Source of the DNA: a virus
DNA length: 64,000 nucleotides
Strand: one strand, 5' to 3'
IMG/VR virus record: IMGVR_UViG_3300032093_000012
Location: 32,001-96,000 of that record
Both the position numbers and the translations under genes were made by a program. How positions within the stretch are numbered: the stretch's first letter is position 1; each line of letters begins with the position of its first letter. The notes under the pieces are model-generated. The model was given only the letters and a program-made list of their open reading frames with translations. It had not been told where the DNA came from and made no database searches. Shown piece after piece: positions 46,775 to 56,372 of this stretch.

Positions 46775-47212
46775 TTATGCCTTTATGATTGAACGAAGCA
46801 TCCAACCATGCTTCTCATGTGCTTCAATACGAGCTTGAATAATATTTGAAATACCAAACTTTTTAGCTTCTTCAGCTAGTTCATAAGCTTTATTTAATGA
46901 ATCTAAGACTTTTTCATTGTCATCTTTTAGTCTAGTCATCATTGATACAGCACTAGGTATAGTTGTCTCATCTTGAATAGATGTTAGTTCTTTGAATCTT
47001 GAGAATGAACCAGGAACATATATGTCAAGTGTACGAATGCCTTCGGCTATATTATCTACAGCTGCAAAGACTTCTTCATAAAGATCTTTTAAAAAAGAAT
47101 GATGTTGAGAGAAGTCTACTCCCTCAACATTCCAATGAAAATAATGAGCTTTTAAATAGAAAGCAAAAGTATCAGCTTGTGCTTCTTTTAAAGCTTGTTC
47201 TAACTCATCCAT
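46775..47212 (-). CDS. dps: Dps ferritin-like DNA protection protein
   Basis: HWNV.G..F...H, D.IAE.IR, EKH.WML. Confidence 0.92.
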   Translation of the reverse strand: MDELEQALKEAQADTFAFYLKAHYFHWNVEGVDFSQHHSFLKDLYEEVFAAVDNIAEGIRTLDIYVPGSFSRFKELTSIQDETTIPSAVSMMTRLKDDNEKVLDSLNKAYELAEEAKKFGISNIIQARIEAHEKHGWMLRSIIKA

Positions 47213-47477
47213 TCTTTGTTACCCTTGGCTTTTTTACTTTTGCAGCAACCTTAGTAGCTACAGCTTTTGTCTTTCTTGTTGTCTTCTTCACGACTTCAAC
47301 AGCATCAGCAGTATCAACCTTGCCATCTTGATTTACATCAGCAACTTTAGTTACTGCTGCAGCAGCATCAGCAGAATCTACCTTACCATCCTTGTTTACG
47401 TCGGCCTTTGGCCAAACATAGTACCAAAGAGCAAAACCAGCAATTGCAATTAATCCGAACCAAATGATATTATCCAT
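47205..47477 (-). CDS. Membrane-anchored protein with two EF-hand/dockerin-like loops
   Basis: N-terminal TM; DVNKDGKVDSAD and DVNQDGKVDTAD; basic tail. Confidence 0.7.
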   Translation of the reverse strand: MDNIIWFGLIAIAGFALWYYVWPKADVNKDGKVDSADAAAAVTKVADVNQDGKVDTADAVEVVKKTTRKTKAVATKVAAKVKKPRVTKNG

Positions 47478-47514
47478 TTTATTACTCCTTCATTATATTT
47501 GAGTTATATTATAT

Positions 47515-48828
47515 TTATCTTGAAATTTCTTCCCAGTCCATTGAAGCAAGACAACTGACTGTGTTAACAGAAGCTGCCACAGCGATTGTTATTGGCTCTG
47601 GAATACCTGTTAAACTATTTCTTTGCAACTGGAACTTAAACAACGCTTCTTTAAGAATGTCAATTGTTTGTGAAGCTTGGTTAGTGATACCAATATATCC
47701 TTGCGCTAGTACCTGACCACCACTTAAACCAGTGGCTGCTGTATCATACTCAACAGAACTATCGGCTTCACCCGGTGTCCAAGACGGAGATGTTAGGGTT
47801 GTCCCTCTATAGACTCTCCAAGCAACACTACATGGATTTGAGTTAAGTCCTAAAATAGACAAAGCTGTTAAGATAGCAATCCCATCTAGATGATCAGATT
47901 TAAGTCGTATAGAAACGATAGGATAATACGTTCCTGCAGTTGTTAATGTTTTGGGTGTTTGAACAGGCGTACCGATAGATCTTTGATCACCGCGTAGTTC
48001 ATATCCACCCTCACTAATAACAGTAGAACAAACTTGCTTCATTGTAGAATTGCTTGCAGTCGTTCCGGTATTTTTAATTTCATAACGTAAAGGAAGAGAA
48101 GCAGTTGTCATATATGTAGAATCAATATAATTGGCATGATGGAATGAGTGGCAATGAATTAACTGACCATCAATTACAAAACCACATCTAACTGTTCCAA
48201 GACCTAGCCACTCAACATCGTGAAATACGATCTGTGCTTTTGACATGTCCAAAGTTTTTTGTGATGGACTAGATTCAACACTACCTAAAAGTGTATCGAT
48301 ATTCCAATTAGCTTGTTCTGCTCTTGTTTCAACCAATGAACCATTTGACCATGAACGCTCTACCCATGCAATATTGGTTCCATTAGCTTCAAGATAAACA
48401 CCATTATTTGCACCAAAATAACCAACACGCTGACGAAGATTTGCTTTAGGCGCAGACATAACAACAGTATTTAAAATTTGTAAAGATTTGCCGGGTTGAT
48501 AAGAAAATACTTTCGTTGTCTCTCTAATAATTTCTTGATCAGCAGTAGTTCCAAGATTTAATTGAATTAAACCGGCATTTGCATTAAAAGAATATGTAGT
48601 TCCGGAAGTATTAGATGTAGACCATAAACCATTGTCTTTATAACGATGTGAAGAATCAAATAAAGTTAATGGCATTGATACTCTAGAACGACCAAACGCA
48701 TCAACAGCAACACCAGAAGGATTTGCTGGTCCAACCAAGTTTCCATATTGATCGGAAAGCATGACTACTTCAAATATAGTTTTTCCATCACCTAGATACT
48801 GATGAGTATCTTTTCTAAATTGTGCCAT
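47515..48828 (-). CDS. Hypothetical beta-rich protein, probably virion-associated
   Basis: DAFGR.RVS, YQPGKS, EWLG.G.VR.G. Confidence 0.7.
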   Translation of the reverse strand: MAQFRKDTHQYLGDGKTIFEVVMLSDQYGNLVGPANPSGVAVDAFGRSRVSMPLTLFDSSHRYKDNGLWSTSNTSGTTYSFNANAGLIQLNLGTTADQEIIRETTKVFSYQPGKSLQILNTVVMSAPKANLRQRVGYFGANNGVYLEANGTNIAWVERSWSNGSLVETRAEQANWNIDTLLGSVESSPSQKTLDMSKAQIVFHDVEWLGLGTVRCGFVIDGQLIHCHSFHHANYIDSTYMTTASLPLRYEIKNTGTTASNSTMKQVCSTVISEGGYELRGDQRSIGTPVQTPKTLTTAGTYYPIVSIRLKSDHLDGIAILTALSILGLNSNPCSVAWRVYRGTTLTSPSWTPGEADSSVEYDTAATGLSGGQVLAQGYIGITNQASQTIDILKEALFKFQLQRNSLTGIPEPITIAVAASVNTVSCLASMDWEEISR

Positions 48829-49287
48829 TTAGCAATTCCACTTTCTCAACGCTTTGTTGATTCTTGAATCTGGATCATTAGCTGTTTTAGCTGATGTTAA
48901 TCTCTTCTTCATACCACCCATGCGCGCACAGAAAGATTTACGACGATTGGCTGCTTTACTTCCCTTCTTTAATTTAGAAGGTTTAGTAGTAACAGGAGCT
49001 TTTAAGTTACTGCCTGTTGTTCTATTATAATAGTCTCTACCCTTTTGTGTTAATCCACCAGATGGACTCTTATGACCCTTAGAATCTTCACCTACATTGT
49101 TACACCCACAAGAACAGTTTCCATTACACTCTTGGATTTCTTCTTCTTTTACTGGAACACAATTAGGAACTTTACGACCATTTTTCATCTTCATGCCAAC
49201 GGCCGTATAGCCTTTCCAACATGCATTTTTAAGATTGCCTGTTGGTTCTTTTACGCCTTCAAGGATTTCTCTTAATTTTCTAGCCAT
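48829..49287 (-). CDS. Hypothetical basic protein, possible head-internal
   Basis: CWKGY..VG.K.K.G..VPNCVP, RRKSFCARM, ALRKWNC; TATAAATA at 49316-49323. Confidence 0.7.
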   Translation of the reverse strand: MARKLREILEGVKEPTGNLKNACWKGYTAVGMKMKNGRKVPNCVPVKEEEIQECNGNCSCGCNNVGEDSKGHKSPSGGLTQKGRDYYNRTTGSNLKAPVTTKPSKLKKGSKAANRRKSFCARMGGMKKRLTSAKTANDPDSRINKALRKWNC

Positions 49288-49325
49288 ATTAAGCTCCTAA
49301 CTTTTAATTTATTAGTATTTATAAA

Positions 49326-49961
49326 TTAATCTGCTTGAGGCTTCTTTAGTGAATCTTTGACATGATTGAATAACTCTTTAGCATGTTCTTGACTTACATG
49401 AGAAGGTATTCCCTTTTTAAACTCTTTAAATTTATTAGAACGAGCATGCTCTCTCATCTTAGAAGCAGACATGCCTTCAGTACCCTCTGCATCAGGATCT
49501 CTTGCACCAGCAGATACGACATCGATCTTATGAAAACTAAATGGTATCTGACCAGACTTATTAGGTTTACCATTATAACGATGAAGAAGATCTTTATATT
49601 CTTGTACTCTGTCTTCACCTGCTACCATGATAAGATGATCATGACCTGCTTTGTTTAAACGCTGCGCATGGTGTATGAGTGTAGGTTCAGCTTTAGATGC
49701 AGCTTTAATATTAGTATTTGGAAAGAACCTCTTAGCATGCATCAATTTTTGTTCTGGTGTCAGTGGGTTCTTATCATTATCATGCGTAGCAGATAGCACT
49801 ACTTCATGGTGTGCTTTATGTTTATCAGCAAGTTCATGAACTTTATTAACTAATACTTCATGTCCAGTTGTAGGAGGGTTCATACGACCAAAAGAAAACA
49901 CGACAGGTTTCTTCGGTTTTGGTTGATCTTCTTCTACTATAAAATCTTTAAACTTCTTCAT
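49326..49961 (-). CDS. Cytidyltransferase-like (HxGH/TxGH) nucleotidyltransferase
   Basis: FGRMNPPTTGH, KNPL, G.DR, SAG.RDPD...GMSASKMR. Confidence 0.85.
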   Translation of the reverse strand: MKKFKDFIVEEDQPKPKKPVVFSFGRMNPPTTGHEVLVNKVHELADKHKAHHEVVLSATHDNDKNPLTPEQKLMHAKRFFPNTNIKAASKAEPTLIHHAQRLNKAGHDHLIMVAGEDRVQEYKDLLHRYNGKPNKSGQIPFSFHKIDVVSAGARDPDAEGTEGMSASKMREHARSNKFKEFKKGIPSHVSQEHAKELFNHVKDSLKKPQAD

Positions 49962-51162
49962 CTTTCTTCTTTCCGGCTATGGCACCATAACCAAGCAAGT
50001 TCATCTTCGAGAACTCAGAACGGTTCACGAACTTTGCCATGCTACCTTTATTATGTGCGACGAATCCTTCTGGTCCAGTCTTTTGACCAGCTATACTGTG
50101 TTCAAAGTCAGAGTGTTGTGACATGACACTAGTTAATGTATCTTTTGCTTTTTGAAGATGATGATGAAGCTCTAATACTTTATTAATATGTTCTTTATTA
50201 TCTTGAACATGTTGAAGTTTTTTTGCGAGAGCCTGCCTCTTTTTTTCTTTACCAGCATCTGACTTTAGTTTATCAATCTCTTTTTGATGTTTAGCAGTAA
50301 GATGATCCATGTAGCCTTCATGCGAAGGCTTTCCATCTTTACGAACCATGTCGTTAACATGGCCTTCTAAATCTGCCTCGTGACCCTTAATAGCATCAAA
50401 AGCTTCTGGCTTCATTTTTGAATAAGTCTTCTTAGCATTCTCCATATGATTCATGAATTCTTTTTGTTTATCTGGAGTGTACTTAGAAGAATCAAACTTA
50501 ACTGCTGGATCAATATTATGTACATCAGGGTGATGGGAGAAGTTTTCACGATCAACATGAGGTGTAGCTTCCATATCCTCTAGTTGTTTACCCTTGTACT
50601 TTGTATGTACTACTAAACCAAACTTTGCATGTCTGATTGCCTGACCATGATGAGTATCACGATCTACTGAATACTTTACTGTGTTTGGCTGGAAATGAAA
50701 TTGACCTTTATCACTAGTCACATCTTTTTTTCCAGAGTGCATGACATCACCTTGATATACACCATTTTTAGGTGCTATCTTAGGGAGATGTTGCAAAGCA
50801 TGTTTTAGCTTCTCTGCTAATCCGGGTGCATGACCATGATTATCATCGATGTCTTTATCAGTGTAATTTATTTTAGGATTCTTATTGAAAGCAGACTTAG
50901 ATGCAACAAAGAAACGACCATTCTTTGGATGATAACCAAAAACAATAGATGGTGCACCATCATATTTAGTTGAGATATGTGTGTCTGTCTTTTTACCAAG
51001 CAAAGCTTTATGCGCATTATCCAGCATCTCACCAGCTGCAGATACACCTTCATGACCACCATGTATTGGCATGTCTTCAAGGTGTGTGAGATGTTTTAGT
51101 TTCTTACCAGAACCAGATTCATCTGTTTCTTCTGTCAAGAATATGTTGAAAGATAATACCAT
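49948..51162 (-). CDS. Conserved T4-like protein with KxDG ligase-like motif (DUF6267-like)
   Basis: HL.HLED, KYDGAPS, FFV.SKS.FN, QGD, PEGFV, K.V.R.EFS; TATAAATA at 51182-51189. Confidence 0.7.
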   Translation of the reverse strand: MVLSFNIFLTEETDESGSGKKLKHLTHLEDMPIHGGHEGVSAAGEMLDNAHKALLGKKTDTHISTKYDGAPSIVFGYHPKNGRFFVASKSAFNKNPKINYTDKDIDDNHGHAPGLAEKLKHALQHLPKIAPKNGVYQGDVMHSGKKDVTSDKGQFHFQPNTVKYSVDRDTHHGQAIRHAKFGLVVHTKYKGKQLEDMEATPHVDRENFSHHPDVHNIDPAVKFDSSKYTPDKQKEFMNHMENAKKTYSKMKPEAFDAIKGHEADLEGHVNDMVRKDGKPSHEGYMDHLTAKHQKEIDKLKSDAGKEKKRQALAKKLQHVQDNKEHINKVLELHHHLQKAKDTLTSVMSQHSDFEHSIAGQKTGPEGFVAHNKGSMAKFVNRSEFSKMNLLGYGAIAGKKKDEEV

Positions 51163-51184
51163 TTTAAATCCTGTTTTATTATAT

Positions 51185-52198
51185 TTATAGTCTTTCTAAC
51201 AAGACTCTTAGATACTTAGCGCCTGTGTCAGTAGCAGTCGTGCCTCTAAATTGAAAGTCGACTTTATACTTTGCGCCATTAATGTTAGCTGAAACTTTTA
51301 TAGATCCACCTTTTCTTTTTCCAAGTTCCGGATAAGAATAAGAAGATTCACTTAAATTATTTACGGTTACTTGATTGCTGCCGCCTATATCTTTAACTAA
51401 TACATCACCAGTTCTTTTTTTATGAACGAAGACTACATTTGTACCTATAGCCTGTTCTAGTACATCTGCTAAGTTTTTAGCAACTGTTGCATAATTTGGT
51501 GTTTGTGTTTGGCATGCATATCCTTCACCAAATCCAACCATCTTTAAACCTTCGAAACCAAAAAACTCGTTTATATCAACCTGTGTATTTTTATTTAAAA
51601 AATACTTTTCTAATGCAGCATTTAGAACATAATATGTTTGCGACATCTTAAGAGAAAGAAAATGTAAATCTTTGCCATTTTTTTGTATAGTTACGTCTGT
51701 TAGTGTTTTTCCATCAGACTTGCTAATATCTAAACGGGTTCCAGTGAACACAACTTCTCTTTTTTGATTCTTATAACCTTCTCTCGTTGCACTGTACGCA
51801 TTACTTTGAGTTAAGTCTAACTTTTTCTGCAATTCATTAATAACATCTGGATGTTTGATATCTGTCATATCAGCACCAGCAAAATAATTATTGAGATCTT
51901 TTTCTATCTCTGATTCGAAAGCTATACCGCCCTGACCTTTAGCAATGATAGGTTTAAAGATGATATCTGTTTTAAAATCAGGAACTGTTAAGACATCTAT
52001 TGATCCAGATTTACTCCTTTTAAAGACACTCGTGAAGTCAACTTTACTGCTTCCTAAAAGCTTCTCAACTTCTTTCTTTGTATCTTCTCTATTCTTTGAC
52101 TTAACATAGATATCATTCTTCTGTAGTAATACTACAGCGTCATTTTTAAACTTCTCTTGTATAAGATTTTTTAATACTTCTATATTTTTACTTGCCAT
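51185..52198 (-). CDS. Hypothetical protein, possible PD-(D/E)XK-type nuclease
   Basis: G..FE, TD.....LSLK; TATAAATA at 52222-52229. Confidence 0.55.
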   Translation of the reverse strand: MASKNIEVLKNLIQEKFKNDAVVLLQKNDIYVKSKNREDTKKEVEKLLGSSKVDFTSVFKRSKSGSIDVLTVPDFKTDIIFKPIIAKGQGGIAFESEIEKDLNNYFAGADMTDIKHPDVINELQKKLDLTQSNAYSATREGYKNQKREVVFTGTRLDISKSDGKTLTDVTIQKNGKDLHFLSLKMSQTYYVLNAALEKYFLNKNTQVDINEFFGFEGLKMVGFGEGYACQTQTPNYATVAKNLADVLEQAIGTNVVFVHKKRTGDVLVKDIGGSNQVTVNNLSESSYSYPELGKRKGGSIKVSANINGAKYKVDFQFRGTTATDTGAKYLRVLLERL

Positions 52199-52234
52199 TA
52201 CTTCACCTTATTTTTTATAGATATTTATAAAGTG

Positions 52235-52260
52235 AAAAGGGCGAGCCTTTCGACTCGCCC
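52235..52260 (-). terminator. Intrinsic terminator
   Basis: GGGCGAGTC-GAAA-GGCTCGCCC-TTTT. Confidence 0.85.
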
Positions 52261-52388
52261 CAATGTGCAACATGGACGGGTGGAACCCCACCATTTATCC
52301 CGTCAATTCCAATCCTGATTTATCAGCTTGCCACTTGTGCTGCAGACACAAACGTGTTGCATTGCCGCTCTATTGAAGCGGAACTGTT
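52235..52388 (-). ncRNA. Candidate structured non-coding RNA
   Basis: TATAAATA at 52391-52398, nested stems, terminator, no SD-led ORF. Confidence 0.6.
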
Positions 52389-52393
52389 ATTAT

Positions 52394-52600
52394 TTATACT
52401 TCAGGCAGCAGTTTTTCCTGAGGGATATTAATTTTTTTTAGCATAAATGATGGCGTCCAACCATCAAAAGCGCCGCCTAAGTTTAGATGACGAAGAAGTT
52501 TTCTTGCTGGTTCCAACCCGTCATAGTTACGAATAATCTGGTTCGTAGCAGTTTCTACGACTCCAACACCATTTTCATTCATCTTAATCTTATAGTTCAT
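52394..52600 (-). CDS. Hypothetical protein
   Basis: LN.GG.FDGWTP.F motif; coupled to gp41. Confidence 0.7.
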   Translation of the reverse strand: MNYKIKMNENGVGVVETATNQIIRNYDGLEPARKLLRHLNLGGAFDGWTPSFMLKKINIPQEKLLPEV

Positions 52601-54021
52601 TATTTAAACCCCACAAATGCTTCTTTACTAAAGTTAAACTTTGGCTTTGGAAGATTTCTTTCTGTATCTTCCGAACCAAACTTGGAATTGTCAAACACAG
52701 ACTTATTCTTTGGACCATCCAAAAGATCTTCCTGTGCTGATTGTTCTACGTCATAAAGCCGCATTTTACTGCGATCAATGCCAAGGAAAAACCTACGATT
52801 AGACCCTGGATCATTATAGCGATTCTTGAGTTGCTTAACCAAGATTTGATTTCGTGATTCCATTTCTTCGTTTGTTTGGAGTCCAAACATAAAATCAGCT
52901 GTGGCCGGGAGTCCAAAGGATTCTGATGTATCTTCCAATCCCAAGTCGCTGCTCGAATATCCACCTCGAGTTGTTTGAGTCGCACTGACGATAGGTACAT
53001 TGAACTCCACGGCAAGTCCTCGTAACTCTTCTGCGATTGCTTTGATATAGGTATAAGAATTGACGTTGGCTCCATACTTCATCCTCGAAGACATGCAGAT
53101 GTTTAGATAATCAATATAGATGATATCTGGTTTAAAGTTCTTCTTGATCTTCAATTCATTAAGAAGATGCCTGAAGTTTGCAGATCCAGCACAGGCTGTT
53201 GGATATTCTTTAACAATCAACTTGCCTGTAGTCTTAGACATAAGCTTCTCGATCTTACCCTTATAAGATTGTAGTGGTATGATCTCGAGCTGATCGAGAG
53301 GGATATCAAGAAGGTTAGAATCAATACGTTCAGCGATGCGTTCTTCTGCCATTTCCATCGTGATGTAAAGGACGTTATATCCCTTAGTCAAGTTAGATGC
53401 AGCACAATGACACATAAACAATGACTTACCAACACCAGTACCAGCAAGAGCAATGTTTAGTGTCTTGTTTGGTAATCCGCCGCCAGTAATTTCATTGAAG
53501 TAGTGCAAGTCGAACGGGATTCGACTTTCTTTCTTGTGGTAAAACTCATAACGTGCATCCGAGTCTTCAAGGAAGTCATGCCCAATATGCGTATCAAAAG
53601 ATACTGCAAGTGCATCTGATAAGATCTGTGGAATGGCCCCTTTAGAGGCTTTCCCACTCTTATCATCCAATATTTGAATGGAGGCCATGATCGCGTTGTA
53701 GACCGCTTTTTCTTGACAGAACTTTTCTGTTTGGTCAAGTAACCATTGGATTTCAGTCTTCTCATCCGGTTTTAGCTCCGAGATCTTATCACGAGTCTTC
53801 TTAAATACTTCTTCATTGATACCATCTTTGTTTGATAGATCGATGATTAGTGCTTCTTTAGTTGGGAATGTGTTGTACTTCTTAACATACTCATCAACAA
53901 GATTAAATGCTAATTTATCAGAATAATCTTGAAAGTATTCTTCTTTCAAAAAAGGTATAACTTTTCTACCGTAATCTTCGTTTGTTAGAAGATTACCAAA
54001 GATTAGTTGTTCAATAGCCAT
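52600..54021 (-). CDS. gp41: Replicative DNA helicase
   Basis: AGTGVGKS, TMEMAEE.IAERID, KEYPT, SATQTTR, SESFGLPATAD. Confidence 0.97.
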   Translation of the reverse strand: MAIEQLIFGNLLTNEDYGRKVIPFLKEEYFQDYSDKLAFNLVDEYVKKYNTFPTKEALIIDLSNKDGINEEVFKKTRDKISELKPDEKTEIQWLLDQTEKFCQEKAVYNAIMASIQILDDKSGKASKGAIPQILSDALAVSFDTHIGHDFLEDSDARYEFYHKKESRIPFDLHYFNEITGGGLPNKTLNIALAGTGVGKSLFMCHCAASNLTKGYNVLYITMEMAEERIAERIDSNLLDIPLDQLEIIPLQSYKGKIEKLMSKTTGKLIVKEYPTACAGSANFRHLLNELKIKKNFKPDIIYIDYLNICMSSRMKYGANVNSYTYIKAIAEELRGLAVEFNVPIVSATQTTRGGYSSSDLGLEDTSESFGLPATADFMFGLQTNEEMESRNQILVKQLKNRYNDPGSNRRFFLGIDRSKMRLYDVEQSAQEDLLDGPKNKSVFDNSKFGSEDTERNLPKPKFNFSKEAFVGFK

Positions 54022-54030
54022 TCGTTTTCC

Positions 54031-54249
54031 TTAGTAGCTAATTTGAAGATCTTTTAGACTAAAAACACCAATTACCCAATTCTCTGCAGCATCTTCGACA
54101 TAATGCATAGATCGATCTGGAAATACACGGTGTTCTTCAATATCATTAATCTTATAGATTACACCATAATCGTTTCCATCATGCACTACGCGTGCACTAC
54201 GATTGGAATATTCATCAACACCCTTGTACTCATGCAGCGTCTTCATCAT
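54031..54249 (-). CDS. Hypothetical protein
   Basis: S.HY.EDAAENWV.G; likely start 54249. Confidence 0.65.
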   Translation of the reverse strand: MMKTLHEYKGVDEYSNRSARVVHDGNDYGVIYKINDIEEHRVFPDRSMHYVEDAAENWVIGVFSLKDLQISY

Positions 54250-55279
54250 CAACCTCCATGATTGAACCAACTGCCATCTTATAAGTATTTTTGATATAAT
54301 CAGCAAAATCTGTATCCTGGAACATCTTGGTCCAAAATTCTTTATTATCTACAATGTCGCCAGCACGCATTGAAGGCTGTCTGACTTCGCCTGTTTCTTT
54401 ATCTACGGTAGCATACCAACCAGCTTTAGGCTTAACAATGTAGCCACCATCAATAGCAACATCCAATAGGCCAGACCACCTATTAATACCTCCATCATAA
54501 CTGACCGTGATAGGGATCTTAGACTTTTCTTTAACATAACGGGACTTCTCCACGTTGATTACGAAATGGTAGCCAGAGATACCATCCGCATCTTTTTCCT
54601 GTTGACGACCAAGGATCCAGATATTATCTGATCCATAGTAAGATCCAGTACCACCGCCAACGATATCCTTAGGATAGAGACCGATCTCCTTATATGTATG
54701 GTTGATCACTATCATAGGAATATCTTTAAGAGAAAGATGTGGTGTAATCATACGGAAGAGTGACTTAAGTTGTTTAGCACGAGACATGTCAGCAACTGAC
54801 TTACCATCAAGTGCATCCTCAACTTCTTTCTTAGAAGCAAGGTTACCAATAGAGTCGATGATAATCATGACATGATCATTGCGATCAAGCTCTTTCATCT
54901 GAGCCATAATATCAAACTTCAATTCTTCGATGTCGGTGATAGGAGTATGCACAACAGACTCAAAAGGAATATTAAAGGTACTAAAATAGGACTGAGGAGT
55001 GCCGAACTCAGAATCGTAAAAAAGAACAATGCCATCTTTGTACTTCCTTAGAAAGGATGATGCCATTAAAAGAGCAAAGCCAGTCTTAAAGTGCTTAGAT
55101 GGTCCAGCAAGCATTGTAAGGCCGGGTGTGATACCACCATCAACTGAGCCAGACAACGCAACGTTGATCATGGGTACAGGAGTAGGGATCATATCCTTCT
55201 TTGCAAAGACTTTACTGTCAAGTAGAGTAGATGTAAGATCAATCGTAGAATTCTTAATAAGCTTATCTTTAAGTGACAT
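54230..55279 (-). CDS. uvsX: RecA-like recombinase
   Basis: AGPSKHFKT, FYDSEFG, DSIGNLASKKE, NHTY. Confidence 0.97.
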   Translation of the reverse strand: MSLKDKLIKNSTIDLTSTLLDSKVFAKKDMIPTPVPMINVALSGSVDGGITPGLTMLAGPSKHFKTGFALLMASSFLRKYKDGIVLFYDSEFGTPQSYFSTFNIPFESVVHTPITDIEELKFDIMAQMKELDRNDHVMIIIDSIGNLASKKEVEDALDGKSVADMSRAKQLKSLFRMITPHLSLKDIPMIVINHTYKEIGLYPKDIVGGGTGSYYGSDNIWILGRQQEKDADGISGYHFVINVEKSRYVKEKSKIPITVSYDGGINRWSGLLDVAIDGGYIVKPKAGWYATVDKETGEVRQPSMRAGDIVDNKEFWTKMFQDTDFADYIKNTYKMAVGSIMEVDDEDAA

Positions 55280-55287
55280 AACGACTC

Positions 55288-56088
55288 CTATTTGTCAAGT
55301 ACTTTATCATCAATTTCTAATATACCAATATTTTGCTCTTTTGTAAACCGTTTTTGATTAGTTATACCAATATTTGCTGCTATTAAGAGTACGATAGCGA
55401 GAGGATCAAAAACAAAAACAAGAAGAAGAATGACCATCCTAACACTTCTTTCAAGGTTATCAACAGACTGTACTTCATATATGAGCTCAGAAATGTATTT
55501 GAGTGGTCCAACTTCTGCTTCGAGTTTTTTGATATCAGATTCAAGTCTAATTCTTTGTTCTGTATATGTGGATATATTTTTGACATGATCGTCTTTCCTT
55601 TTGACGAGTGATTCTCTCGTCTTTCTCTGCTGGTCAGCAGCTTTGAGTGCTGTTGCTGCTTGTCCACGATCAGTCATCTTATTTAATGCAGCATCAATTT
55701 GTTGTATCTGTTTGTCTAAGTCATCTATGCTTTGTTTTTCAAATCCAATCTTAGAGTTTAATATTTGTATTTGATCAGCAGTGCCAGTATTTAAATTAAC
55801 TGTCTGGTCAATATGTGCTTTAGATAAGAAACCAAATATACCCATGCTTGTAATAAACATCAATATAAAAACAGCTGTACTTAAATATGTTTTAATTAGA
55901 AACGGTGTTTGCCTCCAGTTTCTATACAACCATGATGCTGTTACTAGTTTACCAACTTCTAATACAGATCCCATCACTACAACTGGCCAGAACGCTGACG
56001 CAAATATGGTCGTGAGACCTATGATTGAATAGTAGCCAGAGACACCCGATAGAGCTAAGGCTACTGCGAGTGCCAGATAGTTTATCAT
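55288..56088 (-). CDS. Membrane protein with coiled coil
   Basis: LE.GKLV.ASWL, GIFGFLSKAH, EVGP.KY, VFDPLA. Confidence 0.75.
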   Translation of the reverse strand: MINYLALAVALALSGVSGYYSIIGLTTIFASAFWPVVVMGSVLEVGKLVTASWLYRNWRQTPFLIKTYLSTAVFILMFITSMGIFGFLSKAHIDQTVNLNTGTADQIQILNSKIGFEKQSIDDLDKQIQQIDAALNKMTDRGQAATALKAADQQRKTRESLVKRKDDHVKNISTYTEQRIRLESDIKKLEAEVGPLKYISELIYEVQSVDNLERSVRMVILLLVFVFDPLAIVLLIAANIGITNQKRFTKEQNIGILEIDDKVLDK

Positions 56089-56372
56089 CCGTCTACGTAA
56101 GTATTAATTTTCTTTATGAAAGCTTGGATCCTTGCAGATCGATCGGGCCAGAGGATATATTCTTTATTAGGATCTTTTGATAAGTTTTGTAGTAAAGGCA
56201 TGATCATATCTCTTAGTCCGTGTAACTTATCTTGAGCTTCAGCAGTCTTTTGTTCTACTGCTTTAGATTGTTGTTCTACTACTTTTTTTAGTTGTTCTTC
56301 GTGGGCTTTTAGTTCTGACTCAGATACAAGACTAAAGCCAAAATCGTCATCATTTAATTTCATGCGAACCAA
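56085..56372 (-). CDS. Hypothetical protein
   Basis: DFGFS, PLL.NL...P.K.YI.WP.R. Confidence 0.7.
   Translation of the reverse strand: MVRMKLNDDDFGFSLVSESELKAHEEQLKKVVEQQSKAVEQKTAEAQDKLHGLRDMIMPLLQNLSKDPNKEYILWPDRSARIQAFIKKINTYVDG

Noticed and set aside
52299-52340. Short matches to 16S rRNA motifs (GGAATTGACGGG and GCACAAG)
   Set aside because: Too short and in reversed order; not an rRNA fragment, probably chance.
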